59,328 nucleotides of DNA, taken from positions 6,510,001-6,569,328 of the forward strand of contig CM102288.1 of NCBI GenBank assembly GCA_046563655.1, read 5' to 3'. The notes below the pieces were generated by a model. It was not told where the DNA came from. It saw only the letters and a program-made list of their open reading frames with translations, and made no database searches. Numbering within the stretch: position 1 is the first letter of the stretch; every line of letters begins with the position of its first letter. This DNA comes from Yuukianura sp. NJ FZ-2021. Taxonomy: Eukaryota. Made by a program: the position numbers and the translations under genes. Of the stretch, positions 36,733 to 50,079 are shown piece by piece.

Positions 36733-37818
36733 ATGGCGTACAACTTGAAAGACGAAAAGGAAGTGGCCCAGTACTTGGAGAACTTGGGGATCGAGTACCG
36801 CTTTGGTTGTTACAATGAAAAGAAACCGGAAGGTACGCAGCATAAGAATTTACTCAATTTACTTTGGAAATGTCATTGACCTTGACCTTTTGTTCCAGTT
36901 TGTCATTTACTGGGAGACTACTTTGAGGCTATCAAAAAGGACTATGAAAAGGCTGCCAAAATCTACCGTGTCAACTGCGAAACTTTTAAGCACGGTAAGT
37001 CTCAAATCATCCTTTAGTTTTAAATTTTGAAAAACGTTTTTGAAATGAAGTTTGTGATTGGAATTGTGTTGATTTAGGGCATTCGTGCCTGAAGATTGGT
37101 AACTACTGTTACATCGGGAGAGGAGGGATGAAGCAGAGTCAGAAGAAGGCTTTGGAGTACTTTGACATGGGCTGTTCCTACAAACATCCAGAATCCTGCC
37201 TCCACTCTGGCCTCATCCGATCCTCCGGAGATCCTGCCCAGGTCAGTCCAGCTATTTCCACTTTAACATTGTGTTGAAGTGACCTTTGACTTTGTTCTCA
37301 GGTTCCTAGAGACCACAAAGGAGCTCACTCTGACTTCTCCGCTGGTTGCGAGATGAACAATTCCCTGAGCTGCTTCTACATGAGTGGGATGTACCTGGCT
37401 GGAATCCAGGACTTTATCCAGAAAGACATGAACAAAGCATTCACATACAGTCAGAAGGCGTGTGAACTTGGGAACATGTATGCCTGTGCAAATCTAGCTC
37501 AAATGTATCAACGGGTAACTTTCTAACACATTTACACATCTCATATGTTTAGGTACCTCTGAGGTATCTCGTAATCTCGAGGTAGCTCGAACATATCTGT
37601 TAATCTGGAAGTACCTCGGAGGTATCTGGCCAATGGAGATACCTCAGAGGTATCTGAAAAATGGGGGTATCTGAGATGAAAGTTGATTTTTGGGATTTTA
37701 GGGAGATGGTGTAGCGAAGAATGAGAAGAAGGCGGCGGAGTACAAACAGATTGCGACTGAGATGCAGGATCAACTGGTCAAGCAGTTCCAAACTATAAAA
37801 TTCGGAGAAGGAGAGTAA
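36733..37818 (+). CDS. COA7: Cytochrome c oxidase assembly factor 7 (Sel1-repeat), 5 exons
   Basis: MAYNLKDEKEVAQYLENLGIEYRFGCYNEKKPEVCHLLGDYFEAIKKDYEKA; KACELGNMYACANLAQMYQRGDG. Confidence 0.93.
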
Positions 37819-37900
37819 CTGTATACTCCGCAATTTAAATAATCAATTAACGAGTCACTTTAAGCCTGTTTTAACTTTATACGAGTGTTTAATGCATTGT

Positions 37901-38477
37901 TTAATAGTGAAAGAGTACTTGTGAACTGGAAAATAGAAAGAAGAAGACGAAGTTTGAGTGGTGGATTGGTTGAGTGCCTGATTTTCCTCCTTCGAGTTTG
38001 GATGGGTCCACATTGCAGAGGTCATGGTCACACTGACACTCGAATCCTCTGAGGCCCCTTGCCCGGACAGGCTGACATTGACCCATGGACGGCTTTCTTT
38101 TGACACTGTCACAGAGACGGTGGACGTTCGTGTTGTTGGCCACTTTGATCTTGTCACGAGAACGACCATGTGTGTAGCTGAAGAACCAACACACATTCTC
38201 ACCCTTGCACGTCACCAGGTTCCCAGTCCTACGCTCCGTCTTGTTCGGCTCACCCCGACATTTGCTGCAATTCCAGCAATCCAAACCATCAACAACTCTC
38301 AATTCTCCTGGAAACCAGTTTTTAAAAACGTTTTTAGTAGCACTTCTTCCAGCGTTTGTACGATTTTTTACTATTTTTACAAGCGTTTCTCAAAACACTG
38401 TGGCTTTTACCTGTCAAACTGAGCAGCGACAGCATGAAAATGGAAGTCGTGCAAACCAAAGCGACAAACAAATTCAT
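37901..38477 (-). CDS. Ly6/uPAR three-finger (quiver-like) protein, probably GPI-anchored; 2 exons
   Basis: Signal exon MNLFVALVCTTSIFMLSLLSLT; LDCWNC start; 10 Cys ending ECQCDHDLCN; hydrophobic C-terminal tail. Confidence 0.8.
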
Positions 38478-39247
38478 TTCCCCCGGATTTTCTACCTACT
38501 TTCTTTTCCAATTTTGTTTTTGTTTTTCAGTTCTCTTCGTTTTGTTGTCCGAAATCGCTGCCATTTTGAACATTTTCTGTCCTTTGTGATCTTTGGTTCG
38601 AAAACTTCAAAACGCATCCCACAATGCGTTTTTTCCTTGCATTTCAGGAAGTTTTCGTTTGTTTTAAACTGAATTTAGAAAATGTGGATTTTCAAACGAA
38701 GTGTAGTCCAAATTAAAAAAACTGGTGAGATTCAGCGATTAGATCAGCGTGTGTCATGTGACGTGCTTTTTGGTTCCCATAATGTTTGTTATGTTGTGGA
38801 TGTTTTGCGTTGATGTTGCCTTGGTTACGATTGTGGGAAAAGAGGAGTGAGGAAATCCCAACAATAGTCTTCAGACTAAAAACTGCAAAGAGGAAAACTT
38901 TACAGATTTTGCGTGGATTGGGCAGTTGCAAAAAGCGACGCCTTGACTCCACTTCCATGTTGGTCCAGCAGCAAAGTAGAAATTTGTGTGATTCACTGTT
39001 GTCTAAATTACTAAAAAGTTTTAGTATTCATTAGTTGTGTTCAGAGTCACAAATTAACCCAGTTGGAGTGTCAATTGTTGTGACTTATTCAGTCGGAGTA
39101 GGCAGAATCCGTTAGGATAAGAATACTTTTTAACTTTTGAGACAAGAATCTTGTTATCAATTGACAATTAAGAGAGGAGCAGCAGAGATCAAGTCAAAAC
39201 TAAACTTCCAACGCCCCAGTACAATTCAGCGATTTAGAAGTCCAGCG

Positions 39248-42200
39248 ATGGACCTTCCAGTGTCCAAAGTGACGCTGATACTTCTGCTTTCTCTCTTTCC
39301 ACTCGTTCCAGCGCAGATCAACGCCAATCGATGTAAGTTTCTAATTTTTTCAATTTCAATTTTTTTTCATTTTTTATTTCAAAATAATTTAGTTTTTAAG
39401 GTTATGTTAGAATTTGAGTTGAAAACAGGAAATGTGTATAGTTTAAGAAAGAGTACAAGGGTTTTGTGGTTGAGGTGACCTTGGGTCAAGTACTCACAAA
39501 CTCATACCGCAGAGTGACTTTGTCACACGCAATTGCTTTTCATTCTCCACTCATGTTCATCTTTTCATAAAGTTTTACGACGAAAAACAAAATTTAGTTT
39601 TTGAAAAAAAACAACAGTTTTTGGGATACTTGTTTCTTCGACTTTTTTTGTTAGAGTAGGTTGAGGTGAATCAGAGGTTGAGGAAATACATGGGAATATT
39701 TTTGCCAATTCCTCAACTACGCACACTTCCAATTGTTTTCTTTTTCGCAAGTGCTCTAAGCACTTTGTTTTGTTGATTTTGTGTTTTTTGCGGACCTACA
39801 AAGTGCCCAGTCCAGTCGACTTTGCAGATATTTCACAATATTTTGCAACTCTGCAAAAAATAGGAAGTACCCTTAGGCGTCTTTTGGCAAACATAAAACT
39901 TAAAACTTTCAATCTGCATCACCACTTTGGAGTGTCAAGATTTAAAACGAGGTTAATTTTCCATTTATCTTCAAATTGACATGCAGAAGTGAACTTTTGT
40001 AATTTGAGGTGAAACTTTTAACAAGAAAAATCTCTTTTCTTGGTAGAAATTGAGATAGAAGGTGCTAAATTCTTGGGAAGTTAAAGTTGCTAATTTGGTT
40101 AATTTTTTGAGAGAAATTCTTAAGTATGTTGTTGTGTTTGTCTAATTTGCAAAGTGTTGTGATGCTTGACTGGAATAATTAATTTTGTGGTTCCATGGAC
40201 ATGGTGACACCATGTCACCCTGTCACCATTCGCCACACTTGTCACCGTACCTTTGTGCAAATTAAGACAGAAGAGTCCTTGTGACAATTTATGAGAGGGA
40301 TTAAATTCATACAGTCAAAATCCAAATCCAAGAATCCAACATCAAAGCAAAAACTCTTGCTAAAAAGTAAACATGGGTTGAAGGCTGCAATTGAACATCG
40401 TAATTATCTAAACATTAAACACAAACAGGATTATGATTTACACAGGCAAAATTAAAACACAAAACGTCCATTAACCACAGCAGAGTCATTACTCAATCAC
40501 ACAAAAAATACAACAAAAGAGGTCAAGTTTAAAAGCGTATCAGGTGAAATGGCCAAAACAATTTGGCCAAAAGTGAAATGGTCAGAGGTGAAAAGGCCGG
40601 AAGTGAAATGGCCAAAAAGCGGAAAGATCAGAATTGAAATGACCAAAAAGTAAAAAGGCCAAAAAGTGAAAAGATGAAAAAGTGAAATGGCGAAAATAAG
40701 AAAAGACCAGAAAGTGAAAGGATCAGAATTAAGAGAAAAAAAAAGGTTTTCAGTGGGTAAAACTCGGATTTTCTTTATATTTCCTTACAAATACCTCTGA
40801 CCCAATGACCATGAATATATTATATTGTTCGGCACGCTCTCAAAAATTTCGAATTTAGAGAATATTTTGAAAATATTTTTGTATTTTTGTATATTTTGAT
40901 TATTTCCCATAAGGGCACATGCTAATTTTTTCTCTAATACGTTTTCGCTTATATTTTATATAAGCACAACATAGGCACAACATATGCACAACATAGGCAT
41001 AACATACGCACAGCATATGCACAAACATATGCATAACATACGCACAACATAGGAATAACATATGCACAACATATGCATAACATACGCACAACATAGGAAT
41101 GACATATGCACAACATATGCACAACATAGGCACAACATATGCACAACATATGCATAACATATGCATAACATACGCACAACATAGGAATAACATATGCACA
41201 ACATATGCATAACATTTTATCAATTTAAAAACAAACATTTTGAATACAACTATTTACTAGGCGTAAAATTTTTAAAACATTTTTTTTAAATGAGTCAAAA
41301 ATTATTAGGTATCTTGAAACTACGAAAATTTTTGATTCTGAGATTTTGTAATTTGATTTTTGAAAGAATGCTGAGTTTTGTAGCGGAGTGAGGAATTTTG
41401 TGGGGTTTCCTAAAAATGTTTGTTTAGAAATTGAGTTTGTTTGAACAATGGAGAGTTTGATAATTTGTAAAGTTAAGATTGTTGATTGGATAATTTAGTT
41501 GCTCAAGAGTGATGAATTGTTGGTGCTAAAAAGTATAAGTGGAAGTGTCGTCAGACAGGAAGTATGACTTTGTGTTTTAGGTGAAAGTGAGGGTGTGAGT
41601 AGTTAAGCACGCTTAAATTTCAAGGTAACTGTGATTCATTTTTAATTTGTTTTTATTTTTAACTTTTCAGATCGTCTCTGCGTTCCGGATGTGCTGTTGG
41701 TTTTTTGTCAGAGGATGGTTGGAAGTGTGGCAGCACAGGGAGGTCGTGTAGACTGCATTCCAGCAAATGACAAGTAACAAATCTGCAAAATTCTAAGAAA
41801 AATTGGAAAGTGGTCCAGTTTTTGCGAATGGTGTTTTTGGAAATTGTGAATTTATAGTCGGCATGAAAAAAAGGAAGGTTTCATGGACAGTTTCCCTTGA
41901 CACTCACTTATTACTCAACGTGACTTTTCAATTCTATCCTCTTTTTTGCACAAAATCAACTCATTTTCCAAGTTGCCAATTTTTTGCACAGACATGACAC
42001 GACCTGAAGGCCTTTTTGCAAAAAACTGGAAAGAACAAGGTCTATTACTCACTTTGTGCTGAGATAATTGGAGCAACTTTTTAGCGTTTTTGTGCCTTTG
42101 GGTTTGATGTGTGACAGGATGACAAGGAAATTTATGAATTTTAGCAAAAACGGATTCGCAAATTACTGCGGAAAATTGAAACTGCAAAAAGTTGTTTTAA

Positions 42201-45200
42201 AGCCAAAAACTCTTGTTTTTGCAAACATTAATCTCTCCTAAACAAGACTTAAATGCGTAAATCTCTGGATTGTTGAAATTCGCTCGCACAGACAAAAAAG
42301 TTTCCCTAAATTGTTGATTTCTTGTTTTAATTGTTTACCTGTTTCGCGTTAATTTTTTGTTAAGTTTAATTTTTTGCAATGTTTGTTAAATTTTAGAATT
42401 GATTGCATTGGGAGAGTTGCTCGAGGAGAAGCGGATTTCCTGATTCTGGAGCCAGAGGAAATTTACGTTTCTCATCGCTTCTTTCATGACGCTTTTTTTG
42501 TTGTCACCGAAATCCGAACTTTGCCGAGACAAGCAGGTGAGGAATTTGCAAACAATTTGCAAATTGAATTTGCGAATTGCTGGATTTGCGGATTTGTGTC
42601 AAGAAAAGTTGACCTTGTGCATGTCACTTCCTCTTGCTTCATGTTTTTGTCTTTGCCAATTCCACTTTTACAGAAAACAAAGGTGTAATTAATTCTAGAT
42701 GCTGCTCAAGGTGGGAAAAATCCTTGAGATGTGCGAATTTTTTGCGAGTTTGAATTGCGAATTTGAGGTCATGACCTTGAACTTTGTCGTAATTCATAGG
42801 AAACGAAGTTAGACTTGGAGATTAAGCAGCGGGATGCCAAAAATTAATCCAAGCCTACTTTTTTTTTGAATTTCATTTTTTTGAAAGAATTTTTTTTTGT
42901 TTTTGTAGGATCGTTTCGGTATGAGCCAGTTGCAGTAGTACGAAACAGTGCCAAAATAGGATCTCTGAGTGACCTGCGTGGGAAGAGGTCATGTCACACC
43001 GCTTTCGGAAGAACTTCGGGCTGGGAAGTCCCAATTTCGCGCCTGATGGAGAAAGCGATCATGCCGAACTTTTGTCGCAGCGATTTGACAACCGTGGAAA
43101 GAGAGCTGGCCGCTGCCAGCGATTTTTTCAGTGCAGCCTGCACGCCTGGCACTTGGGTTCAAGACAGACAAACAGACAAGGAACTCAGTAAAAACTAAAT
43201 TCCAAAGTTTTTTCAAAAAAATTCTGAAATTAAAAAAACATTGAAATTTTTGCCTGAAACTTGAAATTTCCAGAGGAAAAGTACCGGAATCTATGCAGTT
43301 TGTGTGAGAATCGGCTGGAATGTGCTGACAACGACAAGTTCGCTGGATTCCGCGGTTCTCTTCGCTGTCTGACGGAAAACCGCGGGGACGTGGCCTGGAC
43401 TCGGCTGGAAACAGTATACCAGTTCTTCAGCGGCCAAACTCCAGCGACTCCAGCGATCCAAGCGCAGTTTCCAGTGGCTGCTGGGTCTTCTCCACCAATC
43501 GTCGGTGCTTCTGCACAACAAGCTCCGCCTCCTCCTCCGAGTATTGCCGACTACTCATTCCTGTGTCCCGATGGCTCCCGACTTCCGATCGACACGCAAA
43601 CGCCCTGCACTTGGGCTGGACGACCCTGGAAAGCATTTGTCGCTTCAAATCGGTTCTTGTCACCCCAGCTAGTGGGTGACCTCCAGCAACAAATCACACT
43701 TCACAGGACAGTGGGACACAACTTACTGGCGACATCACAGCAAGTGACATGGCCAGTGGACATTCTGGAGATTGGACAAAATGAAGTTGAATTCCACATT
43801 CCAGCAGCCATTGCCCCCACGGTCACTCCGTTGACATACCTCGAGAGAGGGAACTACACCGTGACGATTGACAAACCGTCGTGTCCCAACCGCCGTGTCA
43901 CTCGCTTCTGTGTCCGCAGCGACATTGAGAAACAAAAGTGCAATGCTCTGAGGATGGCCGCCGTGGGACGCCGCATTCTGCCTATCTTCGACTGTGTCCA
44001 GGGAGAAAACAGGAGAGACTGCACGCTCAAAATAGCCTCGGGACAAGCCGATGTCATGAGTGTCAGTCCAAAGGAAGCATTCCAAGCCTCAAGGTTTTCA
44101 TTTCTCAAATTTCAGATCACTTTTTAAAATTTCGAAATTTCATGTACTGAGTTTTGAGTAAAAAGAATTTTTGGAATTTAGGAAATACCGACTGACGCCG
44201 ATCCTTTCGGAGGCAGAACGGTTCGGGGATGAGGAGAACGACGCTGCTCGGTACACCGTGGCCGTTGTTCGGGCGGATTCGGGAATCCAGAACATTTTTG
44301 ACCTGCGTGGGAAGAGGTCATGTCACGGCTCCTCTTGGAGTCTGAGTGGCTGGAACATTCCTCTCACTGTTTTAAAAGACACTGGACTCATCTACCCTCA
44401 AAAGTGCGACTTTGGCCGAGAACTTACTTCGTTCTTCTCCGGAAGTTGCGTCCCGGGAGCAGCAGATCCCGAAAACAAACTGCCCGAGTCACTCTGCTCA
44501 CTCTGCGTCGGATCCAGTCTAGGTAAAACAACAAACTAATTAATTAAATTTTACTTTTAGTTAATTAAATTTTAATTCTAGTTAATTCAATTTTAATTTT
44601 AGTTAATTAGAGAAATTACTTTTGATTACATTTTATTAGATGCCCCTGGGCTAAACTTGAGTCCAGGCAGTTTCTGTGCAAATGACGAATCAGAAGGGTT
44701 CTTCGGGGAGTTGGGGGCTTTTCGCTGTCTGCCAACACTCGCAGCAGACGTCGCTTTCACCGATCACTTGACTCCGCTTCTCAACACAGGTGAGGTCAAA
44801 GGTCAATTTAGGAAACTTGTCATTTGGGAAATTTATCGTTTAGGAAATTTAGTCAATTTTATCAAAATTCTGACATTGTGCTTTGTATTTGTAAATTTTT
44901 TAGATGGATTGGCGAATGCTTCATGGGCGACTGGTCTGCGTTCTTCTAATTTCCGACTGGTGTGTCCCTTTGGTCCTTCAAGGGCCCTGTCCGAGTTCCG
45001 GCAGTGTCACTGGGGCAGAATTCCGGGTGACAAGGTCATCACGAGTGAGGTCAAGGACTTTGTGGCAAGAGAGGACATTCGCCTGTCTCTCCTCAAAGTG
45101 TCTCACACATTCCACCAGGATCAAACAGTTTTAAGGCTCTTCGGCCCCTACCAGGGGGTGCCCAATCTCCTCTTCAAGGTCACTACTTTTACATTTTCAA

Positions 45201-45489
45201 TCCGTAAATTGTAAATCCGTAAATCCGTAAAATGTAAAATGTAAATTAGGATGCTGCTCTTGGCCTTGTGCCTCTGAACGAGGGCGTGTTGGCTGACAAT
45301 GCGCGCAGGATAGACCAGCATGGTCGATTCGTCAACTCCAGGAGTGACGTGGTGTATGACCAGCAGTATTCCAACAGAATCATCAGAGACATCGACGACT
45401 GCAGCAAAACGGGGGGCAAGGGGCCCTTAAGTACCCTCTTACTGGCACTACTTTTGATTTTCACTTTTCACTTTCACTCTCTTTTCTAA
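39248..45489 (+). CDS. Bilobal transferrin-family protein with hydrophobic C-terminus
   Basis: Signal exon 39248-39332; YRLCVP; FRYEPVAVVR; LRGKRSCH in both lobes; YRNLCSLC; GDVAW; RFCVRSDIEKQKC; FFSGSCVPGA; PNLLFKD; C-terminal LSTLLLALLLIFTF. Confidence 0.92.
40550..40730 (+). repeat. Degenerate short tandem repeat (aaagtgaaatggcc-like) in transferrin intron 1
   Basis: Recurrent gtgaaa(t/a)ggcc / gtgaaaaga motifs. Confidence 0.6.
40962..41214 (+). repeat. 11-bp-based minisatellite (catatgcacaa variants) in transferrin intron 1
   Basis: Units catatgcacaa / cataggcacaa / catacgcacaa / catatgcataa. Confidence 0.9.
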
Positions 45490-45833
45490 ATAACTTCCAA
45501 ACAAAACCAAAAAAAAGTGATGGAACTTATACATTTTCTATTTACTGAACCTTAGATTAATGTCTTCCCAAAAGCCAAAGTATGATTAACTAAATTACAA
45601 ATTCATTACAAATTATATGTTTTAATAAGAGTTATGAGGCTTGACTTCATTAAAAAGTTAAGCAATAAAAAGTTGTGAATTTCCAAGTTTGTGACTAGGA
45701 TTCTGTACAAACTAAACATAAGTTTAAATTTTAAAGCTACAAATGGCACTTTCACTTTGTTTTCACTCACACTTTTACTCTTTTCCCCCACTTTTGCCCT
45801 GTCAAGTCTTACTTTTGTGAGTTCATTTTCCGG

Positions 45834-48800
45834 TTATTTTCTGTGGTGAGCGTAGAGTGGAGAGCCATTGGTTGCCATGGTACCTTGGGGTCTCCGTTGC
45901 GGTGGTACATTAGAGTACCTGGAGGGGGGCCTTGAAGGGGACCCCCTGGAGGGGACAGTGGCATAGTGGTCACTTGCATTGGACTCCTGTGACATGGTGT
46001 ACATGGGTTTCCCATTCAGAGAGTACCTTGATCCCCCATACTGACTCCCTGCCCAACTCCTGTAGGGGTCATAGTCCTCCAGCACTGAAGGCTCCTTCGA
46101 AAGGCTCTCTGTGGAGGTGCACGTACACGTCAACGCAGAACACAGGAACAAATTGATCAGAAGCAGCACTAAGACGACCACGCCCAGCACAATCGCCACC
46201 CACAGCAACCACTTCGGACAAATTCCAGTACATTCCTCACTACGCAGCTCCTCCAGCTCAGAACCTGAAAACAGTTCCAAAATTTAAAAAAATTGTTGGA
46301 ATTTTGAAAAATGACATTTTGAGAGAAAGTGTGATTGTTGACCTGGTTTGTCTGAGGGGTCAAGGACAGAGACAGTCGTGGCAGCTAGGACTGAAGTATC
46401 GGAATTTGTTGAAATCGGGGGCGTGGCTATGAGGGGGGCTCCAGCACCGTCGCAACGCGGATTCGGACATTCACTTTCTGCAATCAAACACAAATTTCAT
46501 GAAGATTTAAAACAATTTTTTGAGAAATTGAACTTTTTGGAAATTTGTTTTCATTGAATGTGACCTTGGCAGAGGAGGACGTCGCACTGGAAGTTGAGTC
46601 TCTTGGAGTCTGCGAATCTGAACATGGAGTAGATCGTAGCTTCTGCTATTTTGTTACTAGCAGAGTAAATCCATCGTGACATCACTTGTTCCGAACACCT
46701 TCAAGAAACAAGGTCAAGGTCAACTGAGGTCACTTTAGAAATGGAATTGTGTTTACCCATTTTGGTCCACGAGAGGGACAGAGTTGTTGTTTCCGAATGC
46801 AAAGCAGGAGCGAACTCTAAGTGCTGATTGGGGGGCTCGGGAGAGTTCGACACGCAGAGTGTAGGATCTTCCGTAAACAACTTCAGACAAAAAGCGATGC
46901 CCATTGTACAATCCAAGTTTCACAGAACTAGTTTCATTTCTGAAAAAAAAAACATGAAAAAACATTAAAAAAAGAAAACAAAAAGAAAACACTTGAAATT
47001 AAAAAAAACATGAAATTTCATTCGAAGAGATGACAAAGTGGATGAATTTGCTCACTTGTTTCTGAATCCTGCTTTGCCGCAAGTGACGACATACAGCTTG
47101 TCCTCGGCCAATTCCAGCGTCCGGTGAGCTCTAACTGCAATTTGAACTGACCGCTCTTCCGTTTTCTTCAACAATACAAAGAAAAAGTTGAATTTAACAT
47201 AAAAAATGTTAGTGAGGTGAAAAATGGTTGACCTTTGACCTCTGACGTACCTGTGAGTAAGTGACTCCGCAGAAGTCGGGGTCACCGGCAGTGGACAACA
47301 TGTTCAGTTTGAGAATGGTCGTGCGAGAGCCTGTGCCGTTGACCAAACACGGCGGGTGACGAATCAACCTCGGATGGATTGCTCCTAAAAATCAAAATCA
47401 ATTTCATCAGTTTCCAAAATTTAAAATTTTTAAAATTTTTTCAAAAATTTAGGAATTTTACCAAAGAAATTTTGTGGGGTGGTGACGGTGATGGTCATGG
47501 TGTCGCCACGACACGAGGCAGAAATGGTGGGAGCAAATTCCGACTGCAGAGCTGTTCCTTCCAAACCATCTTGCGGCTCCTGTGCATGCGCCAATTTACT
47601 TAGGATCTGAAAAATACAACATTTTAGCATTTTCCACATTTTTTTGCAAATTACCCTAGCGAATCGCCACCCCCGATCTCAGCTGAAATCGACAATTACC
47701 CTAGCGAATCGCCAGCCCCGATCTCAGCTGAAATCGACAATTACCCTAGCAAATCGCCATCCCCGATCTCAGCTGAAATCGACAATTACCCTAGCGAATC
47801 GCCATCCCCGATCTCAGCTGAAATCGACAATTACCCTAGCGAATCGCCACCCCCGATCTCAGCTGAAATCGACAATTACCCTAGCGAATCGCCACCCCCG
47901 ATCTCAGCTGAAATCGACAATTACCCTAGGGAATCGCCAGCCCCGATCTCAGCTGAAATCGACAATTACCCTAGCGAATCGCCACCCCCGATCTCAGCTG
48001 AAATCGACAATTACCCTAGCGAATCGCCACCCCCGATCTCAGCTGAAATCGACAATTACCCTAGCGAATCGCCACCCCCGATCTCAGCTGAAATCGACAA
48101 TTACCCTAGCGAATCGCCACCCCCGATCTCAGCTGAAATCGACAATTACCCTAGCGAATCGCCACCCCCGATCTCAGCTGAAATCGACAATTCTACATTT
48201 TTTGGCAATTTGTAAACTCTTCAACAAATGCTTTGTTGCAGGATGCCCAGTCTCGAGGGCAAGCCGAAGGCACAAAGTCACTTTTGAATTTTGCCAACTT
48301 TTTTTTGCAAACGAGAAAAATTGAAGAAAGTAATTTGTTGAAGAGCGTACAGAATTAATTGTTTGTCGTTTTGAGGTTAATGTCAAATTTTTTAACTTGA
48401 AAAGAAAACGGGTCTCTGATACTGGCATAACTTTTGTGTTTTCTACTAACCAACTTCCTTACGCTCAAGCTAAAAGCTTAACTGTTGAAAAGCATGCAAT
48501 TTTTGCAACATTGCAAAAAGTTACAAAAACTGTTTCTGATATAAAAACAAATGAAGCATGTTTTGTGCAACTGCTTGATTGATTTTGCAATTCAGCTCCT
48601 CATCAAACCTGATTTCCTGATTGTTCTTTGCAAATTCTCTCCTCTCCTCAACTTTTTGTTTTTGAATGAAGCTTTTGTCTAAATTTGCGAGTCGCCCACA
48701 CGCCATTTTCCAATTGGCAATATCGTTTTCAAGGTAAAAAGTCAAATTTGGGCAATTTGCGGTGGTGGGGCTAAAATTGGGAAAAATTGGAAGCGGCCTC

Positions 48801-50079
48801 AAAGCATCCTAAGGTCAATTTGATTTGATGTTCGATGCTTTTAAGGAGTTTCATGTCAAGCTAAGTTGGAAATTGCGAATTTGAAATGTTGCAAATTTCA
48901 GTCGGGAGCAAGGTACCTTGACAACAAAACGTTAATTTTTTCACAGGCTGGGAACTAGCTCGCTTGTTGAAAGAAAATCAAAAAAGCAAAAATTGCTACC
49001 AATTTTAGCACCAATCCGAAAGAGTGCTACGAATTGGAACGTAAAATTAAAACAAAAATCGGCTGTAATGTTAAGACTACGATGCCCTAATACCAGAAGA
49101 CGTTTCTTTGGAAAATCGGAAAAAACGTGAGGTATTAGCCAACCTATTAAAAAAATCAAAGTCAAAAAACCTTGGCCGGGAGAGAGCTGCAAATTATTTG
49201 CAGAGGAAGATTACGCTTGACGTGCTGTCATCGCTTGAGCTGCACAGGGAGTGAATGCCTGAATTTAGTTGTGAACTATTGTGCCTAATTGGAGGAATTT
49301 CAATTGATCAAATTTAGAAATTTCGCAATACTGTGGAGATTCGCTTTCTCTTTTGTAATTTTAAACTTTGGTGGACAACCTGAGTTGAAACCAATTGCGA
49401 AATTGCTGAGAGCCACCACGCTTCATTAATAATCGACAAACTAAAAACCACGACAAGCCAAAATACCGTTGTCTCCTCCTCTGCAACTGCTCTAGGCGAA
49501 GATTAAAAAAAAATTGCAACACTGCTCTTCAAAAAGTTCAAGTTTTGTGACATTTCCTTTGCTGTTCTTCCACAATTGATTTCTTTTTTGTGCTAACTTT
49601 TTGCCTGAATTCGCATGTGCAAAAAACCTTGTCAGAATTTACGTTTCCTTTGATTTTGAGTTTATTGTTTGTGGTGACAGAGTAAGAATAGATTTTGTAA
49701 TTTAAAACACAATGCATCCCACGCACCACCAACTTCATCCCCCTCCCTCGCATTTCACCCCCACCCACATGCACAAGGTCATCCACCAACAATTTACAAA
49801 GTACTAAATTCACTAACTGCAATTCACACCATTCAATTAACTTTATCAACAGGAACAGGAACCAAACTAAAAAACTAAAGTTTAAAGTCTGTTAAAAACC
49901 CACCCTCATTTCATATCGAAATTTTTAATCCACAAAAGATTTAAAAAAAAAAGTTGTCGAGTCAATATTTTGGAATTACCTTTTAAAAAATGAAGTTTTG
50001 TATGAAATTCAAACGAAAAGTATCTCACCGTAAAGCTTAATAGAAACACAAGGGAGATGCAAACCAGAATTCTTCCCAT
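45834..50079 (-). CDS. Zona pellucida (ZP)-domain transmembrane apical-matrix protein (papillote-like by recollection, unverified), about 8 exons
   Basis: Signal exon MGRILVCISLVFLLSFT; ISASCRGDTM; KLYVVTC; LRVRSCFAF; LVDQNGC; SMFRFADSKRLNFQCDVLLC; TM helix WVAIVLGVVVLVLLLINLF; cytoplasmic DYDPYRSW. Confidence 0.85.
47649..48192 (+). repeat. 45-bp tandem repeat, 12 copies, in ZP gene intron 1
   Basis: Unit aattaccctagcgaatcgccacccccgatctcagctgaaatcgac. Confidence 0.97.

Noticed and set aside
37550..37675. Clustered gaggtatctc-like palindromic motifs in a COA7 intron
   Set aside because: Many introns here contain short local tandem or inverted duplications; no evidence of a defined RNA or mobile element.
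40900..41238. Cys-rich ORFs (MLCICCAY...) in three frames
   Set aside because: Translation of an 11-bp minisatellite.
47644..48324. 226-aa ORF of 15-aa repeats
   Set aside because: By-product of a stop-free 45-bp tandem repeat inside a ZP-gene intron; TTG start; no splice or expression evidence.
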